A DNA stretch of 64,000 nt from an uncultured bacterium (GTDB lineage Bacteria > Bacillota_I > Bacilli_A > RFN20 > CAG-826). The position numbers and the translations under genes were made by a program. This document shows, piece after piece, positions 48,431-59,839 of this stretch; position 1 is the stretch's first letter; each line of letters opens with the position of its first letter. Location of the stretch: the NCBI GenBank assembly GCA_949288485.1, contig CASEKC010000001.1:71070-135069 (forward strand). Direction: 5' to 3'. Below the pieces are notes generated by a model, which made no database searches, was not told the origin of the DNA, and was given only the letters and a program-made list of their open reading frames with translations.

Positions 48431-49738
48431 TTATTCCTCGTGACGATGATGAGAACATGAATGATCGTCATTTTCTTTTTCATCTAAATAATCAACAATT
48501 TTATCTAATGAAACAGTCTCTTGTGTTTCTTTTCTTAAATCTTTAACAACAATTGAATTATTGTTAATTTCTTCTTCACCTAAAATCAAAGCATATTTAG
48601 AAGATAATTTAATTGCTTTTTTAAGCATTCCTTTTAATCCCTTGCCCTCTAAATTGACATCACTTTTATAACCATTAAGTCTTAAAGTTGTAGCAATTTC
48701 TAAAGCTTTATCTTGGTAAGAAATATCTAATGGCATAATATAGCAGTCTAATGAATCATCAATTTCATCAAAAAGTGAATCATCACTCATTACTGAAGCA
48801 ATTCTTTCAATTCCAATTGCAAAACCACATCCTTCAATATCTTTTGGACCACCGATTTCTTGAATAAGTTTATTATAGTGTCCTCCTCCACAAAGAGCGC
48901 CATAATTTATACCTTTTGAAGAAGTATAATGGAATTCAAAGACGACATCGCTATAATAATCTAATCCTCTAACAAGATTTCTATCGATTTCATATTCAAT
49001 TCCTAATTCATCTAAACTTTTTAAAACTTTATTAAAGTTATCTTTAGATTTATCGGTTAAATAATCTTCGATTTTTGGAGCGTTTTTGACTATTTCTTGA
49101 TCCGATGGATCTTTACAATCTAAAATTCTTAAAACATTGAGTTTAAATCTTTCTTTACAATCAGGACACATTGTTTCTAAATGTTTTTCAAAATAATTTC
49201 TTAAAACTTCTTTATAATTATTTCTTGATTCGTCATCACCTAAACAATTAATAACGAGTTTTAAAGATTTAAAACCAAGCATTTTTAAAGCAAAATAACA
49301 TAATGAAATAACTTCAACATCGCGGTATGGAGAAGTAACTCCAACACATTCAATACCAAATTGATTGAATTGACGATATCTACCTTGTTGAGGTCTTTCA
49401 TATCTAAAACAAGGTCCAACATAATAAGCTTTAACAGGAATATCTCCTAATGCTAAAAGTTTATTATTAACAATACTTCTAATAACTCCAGCAGTTAATT
49501 CTGGACGTAAAGTGATACTTCTATCACCTTTATCTAAGAATGTATACATCTCTTTTCTAACAATATCGCTACTATCTCCAACTGAACGTTGAAATAATTC
49601 GCTATATTCCATAATTGGAGTTCTAAATTCTTTATAATTAAAATATTCAGCAACTTGAATTAAAGTTTGCTCAATATATGAATATTTATCAGCCTCACTT
49701 AAAATAACATCGTGGGTACCTTTTACTAAATTAAACAT
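48431..49738 (-). CDS. hisS: histidine--tRNA ligase
   Basis: Class IIa motifs and the anticodon-binding domain. hisS-aspS pair. Confidence 0.9.
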   Translation of the reverse strand: MFNLVKGTHDVILSEADKYSYIEQTLIQVAEYFNYKEFRTPIMEYSELFQRSVGDSSDIVRKEMYTFLDKGDRSITLRPELTAGVIRSIVNNKLLALGDIPVKAYYVGPCFRYERPQQGRYRQFNQFGIECVGVTSPYRDVEVISLCYFALKMLGFKSLKLVINCLGDDESRNNYKEVLRNYFEKHLETMCPDCKERFKLNVLRILDCKDPSDQEIVKNAPKIEDYLTDKSKDNFNKVLKSLDELGIEYEIDRNLVRGLDYYSDVVFEFHYTSSKGINYGALCGGGHYNKLIQEIGGPKDIEGCGFAIGIERIASVMSDDSLFDEIDDSLDCYIMPLDISYQDKALEIATTLRLNGYKSDVNLEGKGLKGMLKKAIKLSSKYALILGEEEINNNSIVVKDLRKETQETVSLDKIVDYLDEKENDDHSCSHHRHEE

Positions 49739-49800
49739 AAATCTTTTCCCTCTAAATAGAACGAAATAATTATATATAATTATTTCTATATATTCAAAAA

Positions 49801-52101
49801 TTAATGAATTACTCTTTTAATTTCATAAACATCTTTAACATTTTTTAAAAGTTGAAATGCTTTATTTAATTCATTTATATCTTTTACATAAATTTGTGCA
49901 GAAATTGTACAAGTAAAGTTTTCGCTATGTAATTTACCACTAATTTCCGTACACTTAATTCTTGCCCCAGCTAAAGAAGATAAAATATCCGCCATTAAAT
50001 TATTACGATCATTACATTCAATAGATAAATCAACAGGATAGGAATCATCTCCTCTTTTTTCTTTCCAATGAACATCAATTAAACGTGATTTTTCATTAGC
50101 GATATTTGGGCATCCTTTACGGTGAACTGTGACTCCGTTTCCTTTAGTAACATATCCAATAATTTCATCACCTGGAATTGGAGTGCAACAATTTCCTAAT
50201 GTAATTTTAATTCCCTTACCATTTTCAATAGTAACTGGACATTTATCGTTATCAAAATTTTCTTTTTTCGATAATAATAAATCATTAGTTTTCTTTTTAA
50301 TTCCTAAAACGCTAGCTACAGCTCCAGGAGTTGGATTATGCATAGCAATTCCAACATAAACATCATCTAAAGTATCAAAATGGTAGTAATTTAGTAATTT
50401 TTGAGTATTTAATAGTTGAACCATTTCTTTTTCACTGTAACCTCTATCCTTGAAAAAATCTAAACAAATAGTTTTTCCTCTACTTATTTTTTCATCTCTA
50501 ACAAGTTCACTATTCTTTTTAAGTAAGAATTTTTTAATTCTCGATTTAGCTGATGATGTTTTAACTATATTTAGCCATGATTCATTAGGTCCAGGAGATG
50601 TTTTTGATGTTTTAATTTCACAAACATCGCCAGTTTTTAAAGGGGTATTTAATGGAACTAAATTTCCATTAACAACTGCTCCTACTGCCGATTCACCAAC
50701 CTTTGTATGAACTTTAAAAGCTAAATCGAGCGGGGTAGATCCTAAAGGTAAGTCGATAACCTTACCTTTTGGAGTAAAAACATAAACATTTGCTTCAAAA
50801 ATATCTTTAGATAATGTATCTAAATAATCTTGAGCATCTTCACCACTTAAATCTTTATCTTTACTAATTGAAACAAAATCTCTAAACCAGTGTAATTTTT
50901 CTTCAATTTCTTTTTGTTCTTGTTTTGCACTATAATGAGTTCCTTCTTTATAACGCCAATGTGCGGCAACACCGCTTTCTGCAATTTCATCCATTTCTTT
51001 AGTTCTTATTTGAACTTCAAAAATATTTGAATTTCCATCAATAACCGAAGTATGTAAAGATTGATACATATTTGGTTTTGGCATTGCGATATAATCTTTA
51101 AATCTTCCTGGAATTGGAGTAAAGTTTTGGTGAATAATACCTAAAATCTCATAACAATTGAGTTCAGTTTCAGTAATAATTCTTAAAGCTAAAACATCAT
51201 AAATATCTTCAAATTTATGATTTTTTAAAAACATTTTTTTATAAATTGAATAAATAGATTTAACCCTGGCCTCAATTTCAAATTTAAATCCTTGTCGATA
51301 TAAAATATCAGCAATTTTCTTTTTTAATTGATTAAGAGCATTTTTACGGTTTTTAATCTTTTCATTTAAAAGTTCACTAATATGCTCATATTCATCAGGT
51401 TTTTCTATTTTTAAAGATAAATCTTCTAATTCACTTTCTACTCTATAAATACCTAAACGGTGAGCGATAGGTGCAAAAACTTCTAAAGTTTCTTTAGCTA
51501 AAGCGTGTTGTCTTTCAGGTTTTAAAGCTTCAATAGTTCTTAAATTATGAAGTCGATCAGCAAGTTTAATAATAATGACACGAACGTCTTTGGCCATTCC
51601 TAAAAAAATCTTACGATGATCTTCCGCTTCAAATTCTTCTTGAGTTCTTTTTGATAATTTTAAACGTTGAATTTTTGTTAAAGAATCAACAATTCTAGCC
51701 GTTTCTTCTCCAAACATTTTTTCAATATCTTCGACAGTTGTTTCAGTATCTTCAACAACATCATGTAAAAGAGCAGCAGCAATTGTTACTGGTCCGCCTT
51801 GAAGAGTTGCTACGATATAAGCAACTTCTATTAAATGGTGAATATATGGTTCGCCAGATTTTCTTAAAATTCCAGCATGCATTTTTTCAACAAAATGAAA
51901 AGCATCTTCAATCATTTTTTGATCGCTTTCATTATGAATATATAAAGAATAAGCTGCTTTTAAATCGTCAAAAGTGTGCATTGGATAACCACCATTAGGT
52001 AATAATTTTCCAGTGCCTTCTTCAACCTTATTAGTAATAACTTGTTCGCCAAGTCCGTCTTTTTTTATTTCATCGCTTAATTTTAATTTAGTTTCTGCCA
52101 T
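49801..52101 (-). CDS. relA: bifunctional (p)ppGpp synthetase/hydrolase RelA/SpoT (Rel)
   Basis: HD hydrolase (HDVVED), synthetase, TGS and ACT domains. Confidence 0.92.
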   Translation of the reverse strand: MAETKLKLSDEIKKDGLGEQVITNKVEEGTGKLLPNGGYPMHTFDDLKAAYSLYIHNESDQKMIEDAFHFVEKMHAGILRKSGEPYIHHLIEVAYIVATLQGGPVTIAAALLHDVVEDTETTVEDIEKMFGEETARIVDSLTKIQRLKLSKRTQEEFEAEDHRKIFLGMAKDVRVIIIKLADRLHNLRTIEALKPERQHALAKETLEVFAPIAHRLGIYRVESELEDLSLKIEKPDEYEHISELLNEKIKNRKNALNQLKKKIADILYRQGFKFEIEARVKSIYSIYKKMFLKNHKFEDIYDVLALRIITETELNCYEILGIIHQNFTPIPGRFKDYIAMPKPNMYQSLHTSVIDGNSNIFEVQIRTKEMDEIAESGVAAHWRYKEGTHYSAKQEQKEIEEKLHWFRDFVSISKDKDLSGEDAQDYLDTLSKDIFEANVYVFTPKGKVIDLPLGSTPLDLAFKVHTKVGESAVGAVVNGNLVPLNTPLKTGDVCEIKTSKTSPGPNESWLNIVKTSSAKSRIKKFLLKKNSELVRDEKISRGKTICLDFFKDRGYSEKEMVQLLNTQKLLNYYHFDTLDDVYVGIAMHNPTPGAVASVLGIKKKTNDLLLSKKENFDNDKCPVTIENGKGIKITLGNCCTPIPGDEIIGYVTKGNGVTVHRKGCPNIANEKSRLIDVHWKEKRGDDSYPVDLSIECNDRNNLMADILSSLAGARIKCTEISGKLHSENFTCTISAQIYVKDINELNKAFQLLKNVKDVYEIKRVIH

Positions 52102-52136
52102 ACTTAAATATTTTACTATAATATAGATTTTTTTGC

Positions 52137-53771
52137 TTAATTTTCTATCTTTTGGGAGTAAATTTCATAATCATTTGCTTTAAATTGATACGAGGTATGT
52201 CCATTAAATTTATTAATAGAAATATACCCTAACAAATTTACTTTATTTTCTTTTAACATTTCATTTGGATAATTGAAATAAATCAAAGAAGAATCAAAAG
52301 AAATTCGAGTAATAATATGAGTTGTATCTTTTGAAAATTTTAAAGATAAAGTACTAATATCGTAAATTTTCAATAAAGGTTTTGGAAAATCTTTACCAAA
52401 TGGAGCAAAACTTGAAATTAACTCATATGAATTTTTATTTATTTCATTAAGCTTAAAATCGATAGTCTTTTTTTCTTCTTTTATAAATTTATGTGAAGAA
52501 GAATATTCTAATAATTTTTCTTCAAATAACGATAAATTTTCACTTTCAAATTCAAATCCACCGGCAAATTCATGACCACCAAAAGCTATAAATAAATCAC
52601 TATTTTCTTTTAAAAACGAAACAACATTAAATCCGTTTCTACTTCTTGCGCTACCTTTATAAGTATTATTTTTAGTTTTAATTAAAATAAATGATGGTTT
52701 ATTCGTTTTTTCTAAAAATCTATTTGCTAATAATCCGCTAATTCCTTCTTCTATATCTAATATTAATAATAAATAAGGTAATGAATCATCAATTTTTAAA
52801 TCCATATTTTCAAAATCAGTAATTAATTTTTTTCTGTTATCATTAACCGAATTAATATAGTCAAGATAAATATTAATATTTTTAGTTTTATCAATTAAAA
52901 AGTATCTAACGACATTAAATAAAGAATTATCTTTAATTATTCTACCTACAGAATTCACTTTTGGTACAAGATAAGAAGAAATATCTTCTTCATTGATATC
53001 TTCATATTTATTAACTAATAAACATATTTCATTAAATTTATTTTTATTTATAGCTTTTAAAGCTAATTTAACTATTTTATGATTTAAAAATGAAGAGAGA
53101 GGCATCAAATCTGAAATGAGCGAGATTCCTCCTAAAGAAAGTAAATATTCATCAACTTTTCCATTTAAATAAACATAAGAAAATAGAAAAGATAATGCAG
53201 CAGCTGAAATGTTATTATTAATTTCTTCAATTTTTCCCCAATGGATTAAAGAGGAAGGTTTGGCTTCTTTTTCTTTAATAATTTCATGATGATCAATAAT
53301 TATAACTTTAGCACCTTTTGAAAGAATATAATCGACATTTTCTTTTAAAGTAATTCCATTATCAACAAGGATAAATAATTTATAATCTAAAGATAAAAAC
53401 ATGTCGATATTTTCTTTTGTAATTCCATAGCCATCTTTTTCTCTAAAAGGAATATAAAAACCACATTTATAATCATCTTCTTTTTTTATTAAATTATAGA
53501 TAATTGAAGTGGACATTATTCCATCACAATCATAATCACCATAAATTATGATTTTTTCATTATTTTTTATAGCATTTTTTATTATTTCCTTACTCTTTAA
53601 AAAATCTTTATTTTCAAGCAAAAAAGAAAGAAAAGAATAATCGATACTTTCATCTTTAATTTTTAAATATTTATCAATAGTTAAATTATAATATTTTAAA
53701 AGTCTAGTTAATAAATCGTCCATAAATAAGTATTTTAAAAGCATAAAAAGTGGGATTATTATTTCTCCCAC
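52137..53771 (-). CDS. recJ: single-stranded-DNA-specific exonuclease RecJ (short, DHH-DHHA1 core only)
   Basis: DHH motif (IIIDHHE) and DHHA1 (GGHEFAGG). relA-recJ-secDF synteny. The C-terminal OB domain is absent. Confidence 0.7.
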   Translation of the reverse strand: MGEIIIPLFMLLKYLFMDDLLTRLLKYYNLTIDKYLKIKDESIDYSFLSFLLENKDFLKSKEIIKNAIKNNEKIIIYGDYDCDGIMSTSIIYNLIKKEDDYKCGFYIPFREKDGYGITKENIDMFLSLDYKLFILVDNGITLKENVDYILSKGAKVIIIDHHEIIKEKEAKPSSLIHWGKIEEINNNISAAALSFLFSYVYLNGKVDEYLLSLGGISLISDLMPLSSFLNHKIVKLALKAINKNKFNEICLLVNKYEDINEEDISSYLVPKVNSVGRIIKDNSLFNVVRYFLIDKTKNINIYLDYINSVNDNRKKLITDFENMDLKIDDSLPYLLLILDIEEGISGLLANRFLEKTNKPSFILIKTKNNTYKGSARSRNGFNVVSFLKENSDLFIAFGGHEFAGGFEFESENLSLFEEKLLEYSSSHKFIKEEKKTIDFKLNEINKNSYELISSFAPFGKDFPKPLLKIYDISTLSLKFSKDTTHIITRISFDSSLIYFNYPNEMLKENKVNLLGYISINKFNGHTSYQFKANDYEIYSQKIEN

Positions 53772-53780
53772 TTAATTTAA

Positions 53781-56555
53781 TTAATCGTTAATACCAACAA
53801 AAATTGCTTCTTCTGGTCCATCATCATTTTTCTTGTTATGTTTAGATGGATATTTTTTCCTTCTTTCTTCAATTGAAGAATTAATTTTAACTTTAATTTT
53901 ATTAAAGAAAGTTGCAAACATAAATTCTATTGGTAAAACAAGGAATCTTGTTGAAATAACTTGTATAATCATTCCAGCTAATATAAGAATGAGTAAATAT
54001 TGATTAATACCATTTACAAAGAAAAGTGAAATAACAATGAATGAAGAAATTAAAGTTAAATTAATAATACTTGGATAATAAGAATTTAAACAATATTCAT
54101 ATTGTTCTCTTCTTAATGATAAATCATTATCAATTTCTTTTCTTTTTTCACGTAATACTTCTTTTTCTTTATTAAAGTATGTAATTAAGATTATATATCC
54201 TAAAAGTGTTAATAATAATCCACCAAGAGTAATGATTGAAGCAAATGGTCCATTAATTAATGAGAAGATGCCGATTGTAACAGTTAAGCTTCCACCAACT
54301 AATAAGATAGAGGTTAATGTTTTAGAAATATTAAATCTAAATAACATATAAACACTGCTTACAGCAACTCCAATAAGGCAATAAAGCATAACATAATAAT
54401 TATTTGAATCATTATTAACGTTATAAACTTGATTTAATGTAATAGTTGGAGAACCTAAAACAGGTCTAAGTTGAATATCTAATGCTTCTTCAATTCTCAT
54501 CTCAACAACACTTCCATCATTTTGAAGTGTATAAATTAATGAATCAGAGTTATAAGCATCATCTAAAGAAACAATAAAATAATATTCTTTATTAGTAACG
54601 TTATTGACAATATAAGAATAATTATATGTTTCCATTTCGACATCATTAAACATTAATGTGTCTTCGTCTTCATAGAATTGTGTTAAGAAAACATTTCTAA
54701 TATTTTCTTCATATCTTTGAATATCACGAGAATCATCGCTAGAAACATTTCTTCTATCGATTCTAATAACAACTTCACTATTTTGTTCAGCTGAAGTTGA
54801 ATTATAAATATTTCCTCTTACAATTTGGAAGGTTGTTAATCCAATAATTGAAGCAAGTAAAAGAATTGAAGAAGCAATAGTTAAAGCAAGACTTGTCTTT
54901 TTATTATCTCTTTTCTTAAATTGATCAAAATATGTTGGTTTTTCATCCATAGAAAGATTTGGAACTTTCTTTTTATCAACACCGATTAATGATAATTTAT
55001 TAGCGACTGTAGAAGAATTATAAATTAACCATGAAAGTGCTCTTAAAAGTGCACCATTTAAAACAATATTTAAGATTGAACCAACAATAAGTAATGAACC
55101 AAATGAAATTAAGATTGAGTTTGGAATTAAATAAGCTGTAATACCTAAAATTAAAGTAATAACTGAAACATCAATTTGAGTAGCTAAACTCTTTTTATTT
55201 CCATCGATATAAGCTTTTTTAATATTTTTACCTAAATAAATTTCATCTTTAATCTTTTTAAAATAAATTCCTGAAGAGAATATAGAAAGCATTACTAAAC
55301 TAATAAGTCCAATAATTGTTCCGATATTAAATTCACTTCCAAATGTATTAAATAGACCAATTGAAGAAATAAACATAGCTACACCATTTAAAATAGCACT
55401 GATACCATTAATTCCATAATTTAAAACTAAAAATAATGAAACAACAATTGCTGCAATTAAGGTAGCGATAAATAATCCGTTTGACCAGTTAATTGAATTC
55501 ATATAAACAAGGAAATCAGTAAATGGTTTAACGGTTGTTGTATAAGCATTGTCACCATTAACATTTAATAAAGTGACATTAAAATCATAACTTGAAGAAT
55601 TAAATTTATGCATCCAAATATTAGCTTTTTTATAAGCTAAGACACGGTCACTTTCAGTTGCACCATAGAATGCATTATCTTCTGTTGAAGAAAGATTGTA
55701 CCCACCGAAATAAATTTCATTATAAACAGCATTTGTTTGATCTTCTTCTGATAAATTAGCATCATAATCCCAATAGAAAGAAGATGGATTTGTTGCATCA
55801 AAAGTAAATAAAATGTGTTCTTTAATTTGTTTTGCACTTAAAAATTCATTTCCTTTATTTTCAATTAATGTGTCGATAGTTAAACCATCAACCCAGTTAT
55901 TTAAAATAAAAATTAAATTTTCATTTGCAGTTGTTTCTTCTTCACCTTCTTCAGTTGAATTATCACTTGAGTCTTCACTATCTGCTTCTGCTTCACTTGC
56001 AGCTGTTACGATGGTTTTAAATTGTTCAGGATCAGAAAGAGAAACTACAACATAAGGATAATTATCTCTATATTCAATTCTTGCTGAACCACTTTCAAAA
56101 AAGTTAGCATCTCCACTTAAAGAAGCAATTTCACTTGGTGTTTGTCCAGCAGTTGGGTCACCACTATATGTCGAAGCCATAAATGACCATGAAAAATTTA
56201 AATATGATGAAATATCATCATATAAAGCGCTTTCAGTTTTAAAAGTGACTTTTATTGTATCAAGACCACTTGTTTCAAGACGATAATCACTAATATCAGC
56301 ATTATCAAGTCTTACTTTAAACTCATTAACGGCGTCATCTAAACGATTTTGTTTATCTTGATCAGAAATATTTCCGTCATCAGTTGTCCCACCATTAGAA
56401 ATATCGAATGTCTTTTCACTAATTTTATAGACATAGGTTCTCATTGATTCATAATCTCCAGTACCATTTACGTTAATAAATGAAGGTACGAGAGCAACTA
56501 ACAAACCAAGAAGTAATGATGCTACTACACTTATATATCCAACTATTCTTTTCAT
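53781..56555 (-). CDS. secDF: protein translocase subunit SecDF (fused, 924 aa)
   Basis: N-terminal TM helix, a large extracytoplasmic domain, then about 12 TM helices in two RND-like repeats. Position between recJ and ruvB as in Bacillus. Carries an acidic low-complexity insert. Confidence 0.75.
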   Translation of the reverse strand: MKRIVGYISVVASLLLGLLVALVPSFINVNGTGDYESMRTYVYKISEKTFDISNGGTTDDGNISDQDKQNRLDDAVNEFKVRLDNADISDYRLETSGLDTIKVTFKTESALYDDISSYLNFSWSFMASTYSGDPTAGQTPSEIASLSGDANFFESGSARIEYRDNYPYVVVSLSDPEQFKTIVTAASEAEADSEDSSDNSTEEGEEETTANENLIFILNNWVDGLTIDTLIENKGNEFLSAKQIKEHILFTFDATNPSSFYWDYDANLSEEDQTNAVYNEIYFGGYNLSSTEDNAFYGATESDRVLAYKKANIWMHKFNSSSYDFNVTLLNVNGDNAYTTTVKPFTDFLVYMNSINWSNGLFIATLIAAIVVSLFLVLNYGINGISAILNGVAMFISSIGLFNTFGSEFNIGTIIGLISLVMLSIFSSGIYFKKIKDEIYLGKNIKKAYIDGNKKSLATQIDVSVITLILGITAYLIPNSILISFGSLLIVGSILNIVLNGALLRALSWLIYNSSTVANKLSLIGVDKKKVPNLSMDEKPTYFDQFKKRDNKKTSLALTIASSILLLASIIGLTTFQIVRGNIYNSTSAEQNSEVVIRIDRRNVSSDDSRDIQRYEENIRNVFLTQFYEDEDTLMFNDVEMETYNYSYIVNNVTNKEYYFIVSLDDAYNSDSLIYTLQNDGSVVEMRIEEALDIQLRPVLGSPTITLNQVYNVNNDSNNYYVMLYCLIGVAVSSVYMLFRFNISKTLTSILLVGGSLTVTIGIFSLINGPFASIITLGGLLLTLLGYIILITYFNKEKEVLREKRKEIDNDLSLRREQYEYCLNSYYPSIINLTLISSFIVISLFFVNGINQYLLILILAGMIIQVISTRFLVLPIEFMFATFFNKIKVKINSSIEERRKKYPSKHNKKNDDGPEEAIFVGIND

Positions 56556-56674
56556 ATATTTAAAATCCTCAGACTTTATAAATATTTATATTTATAAACA
56601 ATCGTTAATAATTATATATAAAAATGGAAGTAATAACAATAAAAAATAAAACAAATACAGTTAATAAAAATCGA

Positions 56675-57631
56675 CTATTTTTTATAAAATTCTTGATAAA
56701 TTTCTTCTCCAAATTTTGTTAATTTTCTACCTTGTTTTGTCCTTTCAATAATACCTTTATTTACTAAATAAGGTTCATTAATATTTTTTAAATTATTAAC
56801 TTCATCATTTAATAATGCTGAAATTGCTTCTAAAGAGGTTGGATGAATAAATTTTTCTTTCATAATTTTAATTATTTCTAAATCTTCATTTGTTAAACCA
56901 TATTTATTAATTTTTAAAAATGAAAATGCTCTTAATAATTCATTTTTATCGAATTTATCGATTTTTTTATATATTTTATAATCAAATAAACGTTTTAATA
57001 AATTATTTAAATATCTTGGTGTATTTCGACTTCTTAAGACTATTTCTTCATAACATTCTTCATCTAATTTTAAGTTAAAAATTTTCTCATTTGATTTAAT
57101 TATTTCAATTATTTCATTCTTTTTATAATAATCAAATTTAAAAATAATTGAAAAACGATCTCTTAAAGGAATTGATAAAGTGCCTGCATTTGTTGTCGCA
57201 CCTATTAAAGTAAATGGAGGTAAAGAAAAAGATAAAGCTTTAACATTTTCCTCGCTTTTATAAGTAGCATGAATTTTAAAATCTTCCATTGCACTATATA
57301 AAATTTCCATAAACTCTTTTTTTAAACGATGTATTTCATCAATAAACAAAAAATCTCCAGGATTTAATTGACCTAAAATCGAAATTAATTCATTCCCTTT
57401 TGCAATTGATGAAGCAGTTATTGTTATAATATTTCCTTTCATTTCATTAGAAATAATATATGCTAAAGTTGTTTTTCCTAAACCAGGAGGACCATAAAAT
57501 AAAATATGATCTAAAACTGTTTTTCGACTTTTCGCACTATAAATAAAAGCTTTTAATTGAGAAATGATTTCTTTTTGGCCAAAAAATGAATTTAATGATT
57601 TAGGACGAAGATTATTATCAATATTATTCAT
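56675..57631 (-). CDS. ruvB: Holliday junction helicase RuvB
   Basis: AAA+ motifs (GPPGLGKTTLA, DEIHR). Confidence 0.92.
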   Translation of the reverse strand: MNNIDNNLRPKSLNSFFGQKEIISQLKAFIYSAKSRKTVLDHILFYGPPGLGKTTLAYIISNEMKGNIITITASSIAKGNELISILGQLNPGDFLFIDEIHRLKKEFMEILYSAMEDFKIHATYKSEENVKALSFSLPPFTLIGATTNAGTLSIPLRDRFSIIFKFDYYKKNEIIEIIKSNEKIFNLKLDEECYEEIVLRSRNTPRYLNNLLKRLFDYKIYKKIDKFDKNELLRAFSFLKINKYGLTNEDLEIIKIMKEKFIHPTSLEAISALLNDEVNNLKNINEPYLVNKGIIERTKQGRKLTKFGEEIYQEFYKK

Positions 57632-58224
57632 TTTTTCATTCCTCTTATTGCTTCTTTTAAAGCTTCATCATCGCTTAATCCATCTTTTAAATTATTCATT
57701 GAATCAGTTATTTCATTTTGTGAATAACCTAATGATTTTAAAGCTAAATAAACATTTGAATATTTTGATAAATATTCATCGTTTTTATCGATATTATCAG
57801 CTAATTTTAAAACGATAGATTCAGCAAAAACACCTATTCCTTTTATTTTTCTAAGTTCAGAAATATTTTTTGTTTTAATTAAAAAAATCAGTTCTTCCAC
57901 TTTTACATTTCCTAAAATTTGTAATGCTTTTTTAGGACCAATTCCATTTACTTCGATTAACTTAATAAATATTTCGTATTCTTTATAAGTTTTAAATCCG
58001 CAAAGTAAAACTCTATCATCTTTCAAATAATCATAGATATAAAGCTTATTTTCTTCGCTTAAAGTAAATTTTTCATTTGGTTTTGTAAAAATTTCGTAAC
58101 CGATTTTATTTACTTCAAAAATAATTTTGTTAAATTTTATATTTTTAATAGTTCCAAAAAAATATGAATACATTAAATTAATATTTTTTTTGATGAATAA
58201 ATTATTCAAAATATTCAAATTCAA
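57628..58224 (-). CDS. ruvA: Holliday junction DNA helicase RuvA
   Basis: OB, HhH (GIGPKKA) and C-terminal domains. Coupled to ruvB. Confidence 0.85.
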   Translation of the reverse strand: MNLNILNNLFIKKNINLMYSYFFGTIKNIKFNKIIFEVNKIGYEIFTKPNEKFTLSEENKLYIYDYLKDDRVLLCGFKTYKEYEIFIKLIEVNGIGPKKALQILGNVKVEELIFLIKTKNISELRKIKGIGVFAESIVLKLADNIDKNDEYLSKYSNVYLALKSLGYSQNEITDSMNNLKDGLSDDEALKEAIRGMKK

Positions 58225-59464
58225 ATTCTTTAAGTTTAACTATATCGCCATCTTTAGCGCCCATTGCTTTTAATTTTTCATCAACGCCAATTTTATTTAA
58301 ATAAGTGATTAATCTCATCATACCTTCATCAGTTGAAATGTTAATTAAATCATATGTTCTTTCAACTCTTTCACCTTTAATGATAAATAAATGTTCTTTT
58401 TCTTTAACAATATCAAAGATTTCTTCACTTTCATCAAGATTAATAACAACTTCTTTTTCTTCTTCTTTATAAATTGGGAAAATAGGAGCAGTTTCGAGTA
58501 AATCTTTACATTTATATAAAATTTCATCGATTCCTTCATTAGTTAAACAAGAAAGAGGATAAACTTTTTGATTTACATTTTTCTCAAATTCTTTTAATTT
58601 TTCTTCACTTCCTTCTTCATCCATTTTTGAAGCAACAATAACTTCTGGACGATTAACAAGATTCATTCCATATTCTTCTAATTCTTTACGAATAGTTAAA
58701 TAATCTTCATAAGGATTTTCACTACTCATATCAACCATATGAATTAAAACTCTTGTTCTTTCGATATGTCTTAAAAATGCAAGACCTAATCCTTTACCTA
58801 AATGAGCACCTTTTATTAATCCAGGCATATCAGCAAGGACAAATGATGAGCCATCTTTTAAATATGTGACACCTAAATTTGGAACAATTGTTGTAAAAGG
58901 ATAATCACCAATTTCAGCTTTTGAATTTGAAACACAACTAATAAAGGTAGATTTACCAACACTTGGAAGACCAATAATTCCTACATCAGCTAAAAGTTTA
59001 AGTTCTAAAATTAATCTTTTGTTTTCTCCAGGAAGACCGTTTTCAGCAATTTTTGGAGCTTTATTTCTCGCATTTTTAAAGCAAGCGTTTCCTCTTCCGC
59101 CTCTTCCACCTTTAGCAATTAAATATGTTTCACCAACTTTATTTAAATCACATATAAAACTATGATTTTCTTCTAAATAAACTACAGTTCCTATTGGTAA
59201 ATCAATATAAATATCTTTAGCATCTTTACCATATTGAAGTTTATTTCCACCATTTTCGCCATTTTCAGCAATAAAAACTTTACTATGACGATAATTTACT
59301 AATGTAGTTGTTGAAGATGAACATCTTAAATAAATTGATCCGCCTCTTCCTCCATTTCCACCACTAGGTCCACCTAAAGGACGATTTTTTTCATGTAAAA
59401 AAGTAAGAGCACCATCTCCTCCTTTTCCACTTTTAACTTCAATAATAGTACGATCAATAAACAT
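58202..59464 (-). CDS. obg: GTPase Obg
   Basis: Gly-rich Obg fold (GGDGG, GGNGGRGG) plus G domain. Start at the internal MFIDR. Confidence 0.9.
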   Translation of the reverse strand: MFIDRTIIEVKSGKGGDGALTFLHEKNRPLGGPSGGNGGRGGSIYLRCSSSTTTLVNYRHSKVFIAENGENGGNKLQYGKDAKDIYIDLPIGTVVYLEENHSFICDLNKVGETYLIAKGGRGGRGNACFKNARNKAPKIAENGLPGENKRLILELKLLADVGIIGLPSVGKSTFISCVSNSKAEIGDYPFTTIVPNLGVTYLKDGSSFVLADMPGLIKGAHLGKGLGLAFLRHIERTRVLIHMVDMSSENPYEDYLTIRKELEEYGMNLVNRPEVIVASKMDEEGSEEKLKEFEKNVNQKVYPLSCLTNEGIDEILYKCKDLLETAPIFPIYKEEEKEVVINLDESEEIFDIVKEKEHLFIIKGERVERTYDLINISTDEGMMRLITYLNKIGVDEKLKAMGAKDGDIVKLKEFEFEYFE

Positions 59465-59529
59465 AAGTTTTCCTTTTTTTAATTTTAAAAAAATTAAAAC
59501 CATCTGCTAAGCAGATGGTTAATTAATTA

Positions 59530-59817
59530 TTAAGCAGCTTCGTAAACAGATACACGTTTTCTATTTTTACCAACTCTTTCGTATTTAACAATACCAGCTT
59601 TTGTTGCAAAAATTGTATCATCTCCACCCTTTTTGGTATTTAACCCTGGATAGATTTTTGTTCCGCGTTGTCTATAAATAATTGCACCTGCTTTACAGAA
59701 TTGTCCATCGCTTCTTTTAGCACCGAGTCTTCTACCAGCACTATCTCTTCCGTTTTTAGTTGAACCAACACCTTTGTGGGAAGCGAAGAGTTGTAAATCA
59801 AGTTTAAATCTTAATTC
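59530..59817 (-). CDS. rpmA: 50S ribosomal protein L27 with cleavable N-terminal propeptide
   Basis: ...[21 protein letters not shown]. Firmicutes-type propeptide ending F|ASHKG. Start at 59817 or 59832. Confidence 0.88.
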   Translation of the reverse strand, partial: ELRFKLDLQLFASHKGVGSTKNGRDSAGRRLGAKRSDGQFCKAGAIIYRQRGTKIYPGLNTKKGGDDTIFATKAGIVKYERVGKNRKRVSVYEAA

Positions 59818-59839
59818 CATAAATACTTCCATCCTTTCA

